From assembly GCA_964247055.1 (NCBI GenBank), contig OZ176050.1:5766001-5830000 (forward strand): a stretch of DNA of 64,000 bases, written 5' to 3'. A program made the translations under genes and the position numbers. The stretch comes from Paragordius varius (Eukaryota > Animalia > Nematomorpha). This document shows positions 44,258-64,000 of the stretch, in pieces. The first letter of the stretch is position 1. Each line of letters starts with the position of its first letter. Under the pieces are notes generated by a model. That model searched no databases and had not been told where the DNA came from. It saw nothing but the letters and a program-made list of their open reading frames with translations.

Positions 44258-45886
44258 ATGTTATCAAATTTATCACCATGTCATATTTTTATGTACAATC
44301 TCTTTAAATCACATTGCAAGCTAAATTCAAAAATATTCTCTCGTCTTTTTTCCACCTTAGAGAAAATACCATTTATATTAGGCATCGAAACAAGTTGTGA
44401 TGATACTAGTCTTGCTGCTATATCAATAAATGATGGAAAGTTATTGGCAAAGAGTCATCAAAATCAATCAAATTTTCATGTTATAACTGGAGGTGTGAAC
44501 CCTATTTTCGCTCGTGACTTACATGCGAAAAATATAAAGATCTGTCTCAGGGAAATTATGGAAAAATTAATAAATAAATATAACGAAGAAAATATTATGG
44601 ATAATTGCGTGGCTCTTGCGGTTACATGTAAACCTGGTTTACCATTATCCCTTGGTGTGGGCGTAGATTTGGCTAAAAATCTGTCATCCAAGTATAAAAT
44701 CCCTATTATTCCAATTCATCACATGGAAGCCCATGCATTAGCTGCTCGAATCGAACATACGATCAATTATCCTTATCTCTCACTATTGGTGTCAGGAGGT
44801 CATTCACTTCTTGTTTGGGTTGAAAACGTCACCGATTTTAAAATACTTGGTACAACCCATGACATCGCGCCAGGGGAAGCCTTTGATAAACTTTCGCGCA
44901 AATTAGGACTAAATTATGATTCAAGATTTAATTTATATAGCGGTGGCCGAAGCATTGAAATACTGTCCCAAGAGTGTATTAAAGTCATTGATCCAAATGT
45001 CTTGCCCACGTTAGCGTCTCTCCCTTTACAACATGATCCCTCGTGTGATTTTTCGTTTAATGGAATGCTTTCTACATTTAGTTCTCTTTCAAACCTCTAT
45101 TGCTCTAAAATCTCTCTAAATGATGAATCAGATGTTGAAGTGAAAAATATTTTACCATATCCCTATGCTAAACATATACAAAATTTGCAAGCTACCCTAT
45201 CAATTATCTTCTCCTCTGGTATAAATGTATTGAATCAAGATTTAATACATGGGAAACATGAATTTGTCCGTGCCTTAATATTAACCGTGTTTCAAGGCAT
45301 GGTTGTAGAGCATCTTGTACAAAAAACTCGTCGAGCCATGTATTTTTGCGAAAGAAATTTTATAGAAAAACATACTCAATCGGAAATAGATTCTTCACAA
45401 CTTGTAAAGATTAACAAGGTACTAGTGATTGGTGGAGGTGTTGCTTCAAATCAACACGTTAGAAGCGCTTTAAAAAATTTGTGCAATGTCTGGGGGTGGA
45501 CTCCTATTTTTCCTTCGTTAGAATATTGCACGGATAATGGCACCATGATTGCATGGAATGCTTTTGAAAAAATTATACATAGTTTAAAAAGGGATACTTT
45601 ACCGTTAACCGATAGCAATAAATCAAACAATGTTTGGCATGATTGGGTAAAGATGTGTGCGAGTGAGTCGGAAAATTATGAAACATTAATTGATCGCTTC
45701 AGGAAAGTGGTCAAAGATTTAAACTATGACAAAAATTTAGCAATTTTAAACCGATCACCTTTTGGTTTAGACCTAAGTTCTCAGCTAAAAGCATCGGCCA
45801 TCAGGGCTAAATTATTGAATGCTGAAGAAAAGGAACGGTATCCAAATAACATGCATAATTATAAACAAAATATTTATTGTACATAA
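44258..45886 (+). CDS. OSGEPL1: Mitochondrial tRNA N6-adenosine threonylcarbamoyltransferase (OSGEPL1/Qri7, TsaD/Kae1 family), intronless, 542 aa
   Basis: Motifs ILGIETSCDDT, metal-binding HHMEAHAL, LLVSGGHS, DIAPGEAFDK, CDFSFNG, GGGVASN and CTDNGTMIAW. The N-terminus is basic, Ser/Leu-rich and acid-poor, consistent with a mitochondrial presequence (KIFSRLFST). Confidence 0.95.
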   Translation: MLSNLSPCHIFMYNLFKSHCKLNSKIFSRLFSTLEKIPFILGIETSCDDTSLAAISINDGKLLAKSHQNQSNFHVITGGVNPIFARDLHAKNIKICLREIMEKLINKYNEENIMDNCVALAVTCKPGLPLSLGVGVDLAKNLSSKYKIPIIPIHHMEAHALAARIEHTINYPYLSLLVSGGHSLLVWVENVTDFKILGTTHDIAPGEAFDKLSRKLGLNYDSRFNLYSGGRSIEILSQECIKVIDPNVLPTLASLPLQHDPSCDFSFNGMLSTFSSLSNLYCSKISLNDESDVEVKNILPYPYAKHIQNLQATLSIIFSSGINVLNQDLIHGKHEFVRALILTVFQGMVVEHLVQKTRRAMYFCERNFIEKHTQSEIDSSQLVKINKVLVIGGGVASNQHVRSALKNLCNVWGWTPIFPSLEYCTDNGTMIAWNAFEKIIHSLKRDTLPLTDSNKSNNVWHDWVKMCASESENYETLIDRFRKVVKDLNYDKNLAILNRSPFGLDLSSQLKASAIRAKLLNAEEKERYPNNMHNYKQNIYCT

Positions 45887-46740
45887 TAAATAAATAATTT
45901 ACATTTGTGGAATATAATTTGAGTAATTTGTCTACTTTCTTTTCGTAAATATTACATTGGCTGTTGTTTCTTTTTGAGATGCCTTAAATGTATAATCAAT
46001 AATTAATGTAAGTTTTAAGGAAAGCTTAATCAAATATTTTAGCCTATAAGGATTAATTAGTCACAAAAAATGATTTGGTTACGTTATTAGTGTGTGTTTG
46101 TGGTTAAAATTATCCATAGTTTTTCAAATTCGTATATATAGAAAAGAGGGGCAATACGCTTTAGCAATTTAACAGTTGCCTATGTTAATCCAAATGATTT
46201 TTAACACTCCAAGACCTTTTGGGGTGCTTTTATATCCCAAAGAGATATGAAATTGGAATATATTAAAGGTATTAAAGCCAATATGCTTTTAGACTTTTAA
46301 GCGTATTTTACGTAAATTTTAAAAAAATCCATCCTCATTTTAAACGTTTTCGCCGCCATTTTTTTTCTTTAAGTTGTCGCTAATACAATAGGCAAATTAA
46401 TGTATATTATGGTTTATAAAGAATATAATTAACTTTAGTAAGCTTTCAGCTTGCATTTTACCATCAAAAAATTGATATTTGTTCATTTTAAAATCAGTTG
46501 TTTAGTTCAATCGTCTTTTGGAGATGTCCCAATTTCAGACTCTAGAAGTTATAAAACTAAAAATATTTTTTATATAATACAGGAGAAGAATGTTTGATAA
46601 TTAAATCTAAATTATATAATTAAACAGTAGTTCATTTACAAGATTGAGCTTTGGAATATAAAATTACCGCAATATGTCATCTCGGACAAAAAAGTGAGGT
46701 CTTGAAGTGTAATGCAATACAAAACTTAATAAACAATTTT

Positions 46741-54188
<7,448 letters not shown>

Positions 54189-56745
54189 GGTTTTTCACTT
54201 GATGAAAAATTTAATTCTCAAATCGGTTTATGGGTAGAATGAATCGTCATTTTATCGTGAATAAAAGACATAATTTAAAAGATGTTGTACATTAAATGAG
54301 ATCGAATGCAGATGTATGTGTAAGCAATAATTATAGGATTGAACAAATTGGCTAAATATCGTTTAACATATTTTCATTTTCACACACACAAGAAAATTAA
54401 TTAATTTGAAAGACAGAAGGGGGTTTGTCTTATGTTTGCACCGTGTTAAGAAATTATCAAATTGGATGATGAGAGCGCTACATAAACTCGTAAATTGAAA
54501 TATTTTTTAATTATTTTTTTCCGTATTTTTATCAAACATCAAAGAAAAATGAAACCAGATAATTGTTTTATTGATCAATATATGTGTGATAATGGAAATG
54601 GCATAAAACAATTTGTTTGGATAAATTATTAGTGAAATCAACACCGTGTTTTATCTTGTAGATAATTAATCAATTTGAAGGAATATATAGAATTGCACAT
54701 TTAATAATCGATGATACATAAGTTGACCCGATTAACTCTGTATTTTGCAAGAGCGAAACATATTTTGACTGATTTTTGAGATGTCTGGATCTTAAGATTT
54801 TCGGTTGTTAATTAACACAAAGCGTAATGATAAGATGTGATGAGATGATAGGTTGAATATAATTAATTGATTAATCTATTTTCGTAGAATGTTTTCGATA
54901 TAATTGAAATCAAATATTTCACTGTAAAAATAGATACCTAAGGAAAAAATTAATACTAATGAATAGTATAGTTAGTAGGAGAATAAAATTATCGATGACA
55001 TTTTTATTCTGAGAACATTCTATGTGCTGTTAGTTGTAATTTAAACACACATACAAGAGTGAGAATGACTACAGCTAACTGAACTAGATGAGATTTGAAT
55101 ATATGGGAATTTTCTTGAGAACTTGTTAAATGCAAAATAAAACGTTTTTCGGATAGATCTTCAACAGCAAAAAATTAATATAATGAGGGTAAAACCTCCG
55201 TTTTTTTTATAATGATATCTCAACAAAATAATGAAATAGGATAAATTTTCATCTTTAAAAAATATAGATAGTAATAACATAAAAATATTATATCTCTATT
55301 GTTATAATTTTAATTCTATACATAATGTAAGGAATCCCCTAATCTTTTCATACCATTATTTTCTTCTATCGATTATTGATTAATAAAGTTTAGGTTTTAT
55401 TGTGATTTTATTTTTGTTCATATTTTTTTGAAAAAGTTATAAATATATAATTATTATATGTAAATGTTGAAAATGTTTAATAGAAGAAAGATACATTTCA
55501 AAAAATATAAAGTGGTTATCATTTGATTAATACAAATTTTAATATTTTTAATTAGGTGCGTCATTTTATATTCCAAGCTCGATAAAATCCGACCGGTTCT
55601 TCAATTTTGATAATACTTTTATTGAAATGAATGAGCCATAAAATTTTTATAAAAATATTTATGAAAATTAACATATTTTTCGTGGGCTAAGTAATTATCT
55701 AATAAAATATTTTTTTCCAGCAAATTCCATCATTTTAAGAAATGTTTTTAACCGCCTGATATATTATAATATAAAATCAGTTTTACAAATATGTAACCGA
55801 AATTGATAGATATATTAATGCATTATTTTGCACCATAATTGTATGTCTGCTAACAAGCGATTTTTACCACGATAATAATTAAATAGTTCCAAAATGAATG
55901 AATGAATGTTAAAAGAGTGAGGGGGCCCTCGTTGATTATGATTTTAATTGAATCAGGTATTTCCAAGGCTAAATAAATACTTTTAGGGTTTGTGTTTAAC
56001 CAAAAATAATTAAATACATACATTTTTAATGGGTAAAAACGCGACATATATATTGCTATTTGGCACAAAGTATTAATTAAGCTAAGGGGGGTGTTTATCT
56101 CAAAATTGGTCAACAAATTTATATTTTGTAATATTTAACATGATTTAATCATCTTATCAATGTTTCCAAGTATATTTTTATCATTCATATTTTTCATATT
56201 TTATTAGTTAATTCAAAAGTAGAGTTGATATATTGTCATTGTTGAATGAGGCATTTATCGATACTCTAACCAATTTATATGGCCAAAAATAATTTGAGAT
56301 TGCAATTATATAATAATATATCAACAACATTATCTATTATTATTATTATCTAATATTGCATTAGCAATTAGAAGTAGTTTGACAAACCCTGAGGTCATAA
56401 ACAAAATGTATATTTTCGCATAAAATTATGATTTTATATGTATATCTATATATATATATATATATATATTTATGTATTGTAGTTGTGTTGTGTGATAGTT
56501 GATATTTATATAGAGTTTAACACTCAAAGCGAGGAAATGTTATAAAAGAATACAAAATAAATCAAAAACAAATTTCAAAAAAAATACCAAATATAAAAAA
56601 CGCTATATCAGGTAATAATTTTAGTTTTGGTAAATGCATAAAACTTTGTTTTTCGACACATAAAAAATGGTTATCCCAAAAAATCATAAATATGTGGCCT
56701 ACAACATCTATTCAATTATTTTTATTATTATTATTATAAATTGAT

Positions 56746-59700
56746 ATGTTCTCAAGCCCAGAAATCATAGAAAGTCCCAATTCAGTTGACACGTTTGCTG
56801 TAGGAAGAGGTATAATTGCATTATAAAATATAAGATTATCAATAATTTTTATAAATTAATCAATTCATCACACGTTTTGACATTTTTTGAGCCCGTATAT
56901 AAGCCACATTCTGTCTTTATTTATTTGATTCCATATCGCAAATCTTTTTTGATGTAAAATGCATAGAACCTCTTACATTGTATATAACCTTTATTTATTA
57001 ATAAATGTCTTTTAAATTATCAATTTTGACCATTAATAATTTTTCCATTTTAGTGGAATATGGAATTTACATTTTGTATGTTTTTGGGAAAAATTTATTC
57101 AACCAGGCAGTTTCAATTAATCCTTAAAAAGGCACATTGTTTGATCGATTTATTGGACAACTGGTAGAAATGTAACATACTAGTGGGTTTATTATGTCCC
57201 TTAATCTAAATTTTACTGTTAACACACCTTAAGCTCAAGTCTAACATAAAGGTAGCTCATTTTTAGGTAATAAAAATATGATTATAATTTAAAATAGACG
57301 ATGATCTTCATAATGCCCCTTCCTACCAATCCCGATTACGTTACTATAACGACAACCGATACAACGCCATACAATCTTCATCGGAGGATCGCACCCCAAA
57401 TAATGTACTTTTATTTCTTGTTTAAGTATCGCTTATTAGCCAATGTTTAAATTGTTGGAAAGATTATTCACAATAAAAACTGAGACTATACAGACAAAGG
57501 GTAAAAAATAAAAGGCAAATATTTTTTTCTAAAGACTAAAATATTTTAAACCTTGATTTTTTGATTCGGGTTGCTAAATATGAATTGGCAACACTCTTAA
57601 TTATATATTTCAGAATAATTATGTAGTTTAGGTAAAAATATCGAGGTATAAAAAGTATATTTATCTTTTTAAAATTCATACTGTTACTCAAACCATTGGT
57701 ATATTTTAACAAATAAGTATACCATTTGCACTTCAAGAATGTCCTGAACACTTGTTGGTCCTTCAACACTTCAAGTTTGAATATTTTTAAATTTCGATTT
57801 AACCAAAATTTTTGCATATTATTTTATTTTATTATTTTTTAACTTAATTTTGTTTATTTATTATATATTTATTCAAAATAAAATTATTCTATACCCCTTT
57901 TTTGTTTCAAACTATTTTTTTTCCAATTTAAAATTATAAACTTTTGAATGTTTTCAATGAAAAATTGTTAATAATAACCCGGCAAATATATATATTTAAC
58001 TTAAAATCTTATAAATATCCAAAAATTGTAAGATTTTAATATAGATATACTATTTCCAAATGAATAAAAGGTGATATTGATTTAAAATTATGTTAAATAA
58101 TAGAAAATAGGTTAAAAATGATAAAATAGGTAAATGATATACGATTTGATTGGTAAAAGTTAAAAACTAAACAAAAAAGTCAAAGGACTTACTTGAAGTG
58201 TTCAAGGACCAACTTGAGTGTACAAGGACACTCTTGAAGTGCAAATGGTATATATTATCACTTTAACGTTTTATTGCTATAGGATGGAAGCAATAGTATT
58301 TATTACCCAACACATGATTCAATCAAAATCCATAAAAGTTCTACCGCACAACAATTGTCTTCGTTTTTTAAGAAGTGCTCGATTCCTAAACCCATAACTC
58401 TAACCAAAAAAACTAAATTTGAGCTTGAAAACTGTGATGAAGATGACATATTTGGGAGTCATACCAGCTTGGATCAGGCCTGCTTTTCCAATGTCAAAGT
58501 AAACAAAAAACGGCATGGCCCGGGCCGTGTGAATTGGAAGAATAAAATACAATTTTTCTTGGCTTTTGTCGGTTACTCCATGGGTCTTCCAAACGTATGG
58601 CGCTTTCCATACCTATGTTACGATAATTATGGAGGTAAAAGAGTTTTTTATTTTGCTTTGCGGTCACACTTAATGCTTTTGTTGAATGTAAAAAAAGAAG
58701 ATTTCAATATCATATTGACCAAATATGAAAATTTTATTAATGAGTGTAACTTAACGAAAAATAACATATTCCATATTAGAAAAGTGGGAAGTACTGTTTG
58801 ATTGTCGTTAATTAAAATATATCTCATTTCGATTTCATAAATGTTGTACGGTGGGTGCTATAGTGGCATAAACTTAAATAATTTAGTACCGTGCTGAATA
58901 ATTTGTATTTTTTTTTGAAAGTATTACAGTCTTTATAAAATTGGATTTTTTAACTTAGGTGCCTTTTTCATCCCATATATCATAATGATGTTCATATGTG
59001 CCTTTCCTCTCCTTTACCTGGAACTTGCTATTGGGCAGATGGCACAGGCAGGACCCATTATTGCTATATGGAAGTTTTCGCCTCTTTTCAAAGGTTAACG
59101 AATATTTTTATAATATATTATACAAAACTCGCAGTTTTATGCTCGACAAACAAAATTCGCGGTAAAAATTAATTTGATTAATTGGAGTAAATTTTACTTA
59201 ATATTGACCAATCGTTGCGGCGGACTATATTGACATATGGTATGCCAATCTAGACTTGGTAATCTTTGTAATTATGACACCTGATTAATATTTAGTTAAA
59301 ACTATAATTCCCTATAATATGTATGTAGGGTTGGGAATAGCGTCAGTGTTTCTTGCCTTTGTAGTTGGCCTCTATAATATAGTGATTGTTACGTGGTCCT
59401 TATTTTATGTGTTTAAGTCGTTCGGAAACACATTACCATGGAGTACCTGTAATAACAAGTATATGATATGATAAGGGCCCTTTGAACTAATCAAAAATCT
59501 TTTAAATTCTGTCTTTCATTTTTTTTTACATACAGTATCGCCAAAATTTTAATCATAATTAATAGGTGGAATACTAATCATTGTTATTCGATGAATGCCA
59601 GTTACCCAGAAAATAAATATCACACAACAAACATGACCATACCATCCACTCAAGAATTTTTCGAGTTGAGTTATTACAATTTTATTATTATGGAATAATC

Positions 59701-61701
59701 AAATATGAAATTAATTTATTTGCTTTATGTTAATTTATTTAAAATAATTTTTGGAAGCCAAGAAGATAGGAGAATATAAATATTTTAATCGAGAGAATGG
59801 GCATATTTCAACCCTCAATTGGAAAAGCGTGTTTAAAATGAATTTTACATGTCAAATACACACATATACACATTTATTTTTAATTATTATTTAATTTAAT
59901 TTTTTATTAACCACAGAACTTTATTTTAATTTGCGAAACATGTCGATTTTATCCAATATTACTTTTTTTAAAAAATATTTTGCAAAATTAAAAAGCGAAA
60001 AAATCAAAAATTTAAAGGAAAATCAAGATAATATAGCTATAACTATAGTTGATATAAATATTAGAAACAGAGTACTAGTAGCGACTCATGATTATGGTAA
60101 ATATAAATACATTCAATGGGAACTTGCAATTTTGCTATTTATAGCTTGGGTCATCGTATTTTTTGGCATTCGAAAAGGTGTGAAAAGCATTGGACAGGTG
60201 ATTTTTTTAAAAAAATTATTCTTTCTTTTCAACATCTAAATCAAAAACATTTCACCGTGAGTTAAATTTATAATTTATCGGTTTCTCAAATTTAGGCTTT
60301 CTATCTTACTTCAACCATCCCATTACTCACAGTTTTAATTATGTTGATTAAATCAGTCATGCTACCTGGGGCCTACAAAGGACTCAATTATTTGGTAAAA
60401 CCTATTTGGTCCAAACTCCTAATCCCAGAAGTAATTTTTTTGTAGCAAGACAAATTAATTTAAATTAGTTTTTTTCTTTAATCAAAATTTGAGCTAAATT
60501 TCTACATACATAATAATCATGGATTATTAAAATTATATTGTGATTGCTTTTTAAAGTCCACTAACTAATCACAAAGGAAAAATCCAATTATTTTATGTTA
60601 ATTCGCATCGTCATCATCATCAATTGAACGAAATGTATTTTACTTTTTCCATTTTCTACATTTTAATAAGTTTGAATATTTTATGGACTATTGTTCATTC
60701 TACCAAAGTCATAAAATCAAAATTAAGCTTAAACAAATTTAGCAATTTTATAGTTTTTTTAACATATTCTTGTGTATGTAGGTTGGTTGTTGTTGGTTTA
60801 ATAAAATTTGAACAAATTATAATGCTAAAATAACAATAATAATTTTGTTTTTTAAAGATTTGGATTTTGGCTGCTACGCAAAGTTTTTATTCTTTGGGGA
60901 TTGCTTTTGGATCTGTCATTGCATTAGCCAGCTACAATGAGGAAAACAATAATATATTTAGGTGGTATGCATTGTTTTATCTTAATTTTATACTTTAAAA
61001 AAATTAAACAATCGACGTTGGAGAATAAAAATACAACTGCTCTGATAAATATTTAAATTTAGGTATGCATGATTGTTAACAAATAAAACGTCTGGTTTGT
61101 TAAAATATTATATAGTATATATCATTAAGAATGTATTGCAAACCCTATAAACCAATTTAAGAGTTTTGTTTGGTAAAAGACACTATTTTGTTTTTTTGTA
61201 TCTTTATAACAAGTTAATGAGGGAATAATCCGTGCAGGAAAAAGTCTCTAAACTCTAAAGCAGGGTATCCAACATAAATGGCTTCACGGACCGCATTTTT
61301 AACTTAGGCAAATAAACTTGCGGACGGCATTTGCGATATGTATGGGAGTAATAAATATTTTATTTGAGATTAATGAGACTGTAAAAGGCAAGCATAATAT
61401 AACAATTTATTCTAGTTCGTTGCCAATTGGATACACATATTCAGACACAAAATATCAATTTTACTGAGACTCTGTCAGCGTATTTTTGCATGATTTCCAA
61501 ATTTTCGGCGGGCCCCTCATAATATCTCGTAGGGTCGCCTGTGGGACATTTCAGATTTAACCCATTACCATAATTCACAAATTAGATGCGACTTTTAGGC
61601 TTTCTTACCAAACAGTATCATTAAAAATACATTTGATTCAATATTGCCTAATACTATCTGGAAATATATCCTATGTATATGTAAATTACATAAATTTTCA
61701 T

Positions 61702-61756
<55 letters not shown>

Positions 61757-62106
61757 AAAATATCTGAAATATTTAACAGTTTAAAGCAATTTTTTAATTT
61801 TAAATTGTATAATCAGGGTGTTGTAATATAATTAATTTTTTTACGGTTGTAAGGGGAGGTTAGATATCAAAAACTGTAAATTGACTTTAATTAAATGATT
61901 TTAATGCCTCTTCCAAAGAAAACTAAGAACGTTGTCTGTTTAAAACTGTCTTAAATATGACTTCATAAATTTTTGCACCAGAGATTCCGTAATGATGACT
62001 TTTACAAGCACCTTCATCTCGATCATTGTCATGGTAACGACATTCAGTGTAATCGGTCACATTGCCCACATAAACAACCATGATATCGAAGAGGCTATAA
62101 CACAAG
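56746..62106 (+). CDS. SLC6: SLC6 (neurotransmitter:sodium symporter family) transporter, atypical, 3'-partial
   Basis: Exons: 56746-56809, 57298-57404, 58283-58634, 58959-59093, 59329-59458, 59566-59664, 60065-60197, 60296-60430, 60858-60961, 61982-62106, all phase-consistent. Motifs: [93 protein letters not shown]8-12 exons were not found before the window end. The first two exons are supported by phase only. Confidence 0.93.
57718..58252. mobile_element. ~535-bp MITE with ~60-bp TIRs in SLC6 intron 2
   Basis: tataccatttgcacttcaagaatgtcctgaacacttgttggtccttcaacacttcaag (57718) matches the reverse complement of cttgaagtgttcaaggaccaacttgagtgtacaaggacactcttgaagtgcaaatggtata (ends 58252). Confidence 0.8.
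61261..61550. mobile_element. Decayed hAT (Charlie-like) MITE in SLC6 intron
   Basis: It begins cagggtatccaacataaatggcttcacggaccgcat after the target-like 8-mer ctctaaag. A GC-rich 3' remnant (cggcgggcccctcataatatctcgtagggtcgcctgtggg) is present, but the right TIR is eroded. Confidence 0.5.
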
Positions 62107-64000
62107 GTAGAACATATTTTTATTATAATAATAAATTCCATATGTTGATTTTATTATATGGAGAATTTTACAAAATTTAATATTTTAAAATGGATACCAT
62201 AAAAAATTGCTTAATTTTGGATTCAATATCTACAACCTTCAATTAAATATAAAAAATATATTGTTTTCGAAAAATTATATTTTTCTTTGCAGACAACGTG
62301 ATTCACATATATTTAATTATATTTAATAAATAAATCTTGACGAGAAAATCATATCTTAGACACCTCTCAATTATCGCTATAATTTAGAACTTCAAAGAAA
62401 GAGGGAATCAATTTAATCAATCACCTCGCATAAAAATTAAGTGGAACAAATTCAGGAATATATATTATAAAATGAGTATGAAGACATACACAAACATTTC
62501 ATCCCTAAATCAACCAATATAATACATTGCTTGATTTTTTCGTTTATCGTTGGTCAAAGACTTGTTTCTATATTTATTTTTTTATTGTTTTAAGGTGCTT
62601 TTTATAATGCAAACGTTTTATTGGGTACATAATACAGTAACGAGAGCCATATTGATTTCGGTTTTTTAACACTTCATTATAGTTTCACTTTTTATCCTAG
62701 TTTACCTTTTGTGGTAGTATGAGAGCTGAATTTGGTAAATAAACTACAGTTTTAAAAGTTATTTTAGTTAAAATTTGATTTTTAAACATTGTTCTCATGA
62801 TTAGATAAAGAAGCTTTTACTTTTTATTGTGACTTCTAGAATCTACAGCTGCAAAACACAATAAACCAGCTGTAAAATCAAAATATATCAAGGTTTTGCT
62901 GGTAAAATGCTTTTTATAGTTAATTATTCTAATCATAATATACATTTATTTTCCAGTTGCATTAGCAAAAAAAATTTATTTAAAAAATGGCAAAAAAGTT
63001 TGAGATGAGGATTTTTTTACAATTTTTCAATTTTTTTAAAATAAAATTTTTATAATATGCTTAAAAGACTAAAAAAGTATATTTTCAAATTCGGCTCAAT
63101 AGCATAATTTTCAAGTTAAAATTACAAATCGCTCTGGGTCATAAAACTACCTCAAAAGGTAATGAGTGTTAAATGACTAAAAGGGTATTAATTTACATAT
63201 CTGGTATGTCACATATTACATTATTTTATTTAATTGATAAAGGATCATTGTAGGTCCGAAACATTTCATTTCATAAATAAATTTTAACTCTTTATATGAG
63301 CTATTGATACAATTTACGCCTATAATTAGAAGTCAACTCCAAAAATTTAATAATTTTATTTTTCAAATTCTATCGATAATACGTAAAATTAGGAAAAATT
63401 TGTATATTAATTTAACTTTAATTCAAAAGGGCTGTGTTTTTTAAAAGAGAGACATCATGATGCGGATCATGAGCTATCTATTTTTCCACAATCGCCATCA
63501 CTGTATTTGACATACCCGTTGCACATGATTTTGTGCAAAAATTAAAATACAGTAAAAATTAAATTATACGCGCAAAACGTAAAAATATAAGCACAAATAT
63601 TTTTTTCAAAAGACAACCATACTTTTTTACACTTAAATTTTTATAATATAAGTACAATTGTAAAATATATACATAATTGATTGTTTTACCAATATACATA
63701 TCAATTTCATACTTTACTGTTTTTTAAACAATGAGTTATATCTATAAAATCAACAAAAGTATGATTGCCTTTTGAAAAAAAATATCTTTATACTTTTACG
63801 TTTTGTCCGCATAATTTAAATTATTACTGTATAATTGAACAATAATGGTTTGGTGAAAACGGAGTGATATTTAACAATCGGTTTTATTTGTTCATAATCA
63901 AAAGTAATTTTTCGGGTGTAAATTTTTTTGGTTTGATTTTTTTCAGACATAGATAGAGCTTTTCAATTTACTTTAACCAAAATATCCGTTTTTGATTATC

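Noticed and set aside
58355-58801. ORF-track start (TTG at 58355) as the SLC6 start
   Set aside because: The frame extends to an acceptor at 58282, and two upstream phase-compatible exons lead to an ATG at 56746.

Overview
Very AT-rich nuclear DNA (roughly three-quarters A+T by eye) from an animal, probably an invertebrate, with GT-AG spliceosomal introns. The species cannot be identified from the sequence. I assembled exon chains by hand from splice sites and reading-frame phase. Genes found: an SRPK kinase (+, 5' end outside the window, unusually long spacer), a ~1211-aa CPEB2-4/Orb2-type protein (-), an orphan tail-anchored ORF (+), a transmembrane RING-H2 ligase (-), a divergent CELF/Bruno protein (-), an intronless mitochondrial OSGEPL1/Qri7 (+), an STK32/YANK kinase (-) and an SLC6 transporter (+, 3' end outside the window). 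The non-coding space holds decayed DNA transposons: a full-length Mos1-like mariner relic, several hAT (Buster/Charlie-type) elements and MITEs, a ~1.1-kb long-TIR family with at least four copies, foldback MITEs, and a ~160-bp tandem array with alternating unit types. The most notable observations are an SLC6 that has lost canonical substrate-carboxylate and Na1 ligands (GAT1 G65->P, Y140->N, N327->S), the very long low-complexity N-terminus of the CPEB, and the hairpin-containing 160-bp array. I found no rRNA, tRNA or CRISPR array.
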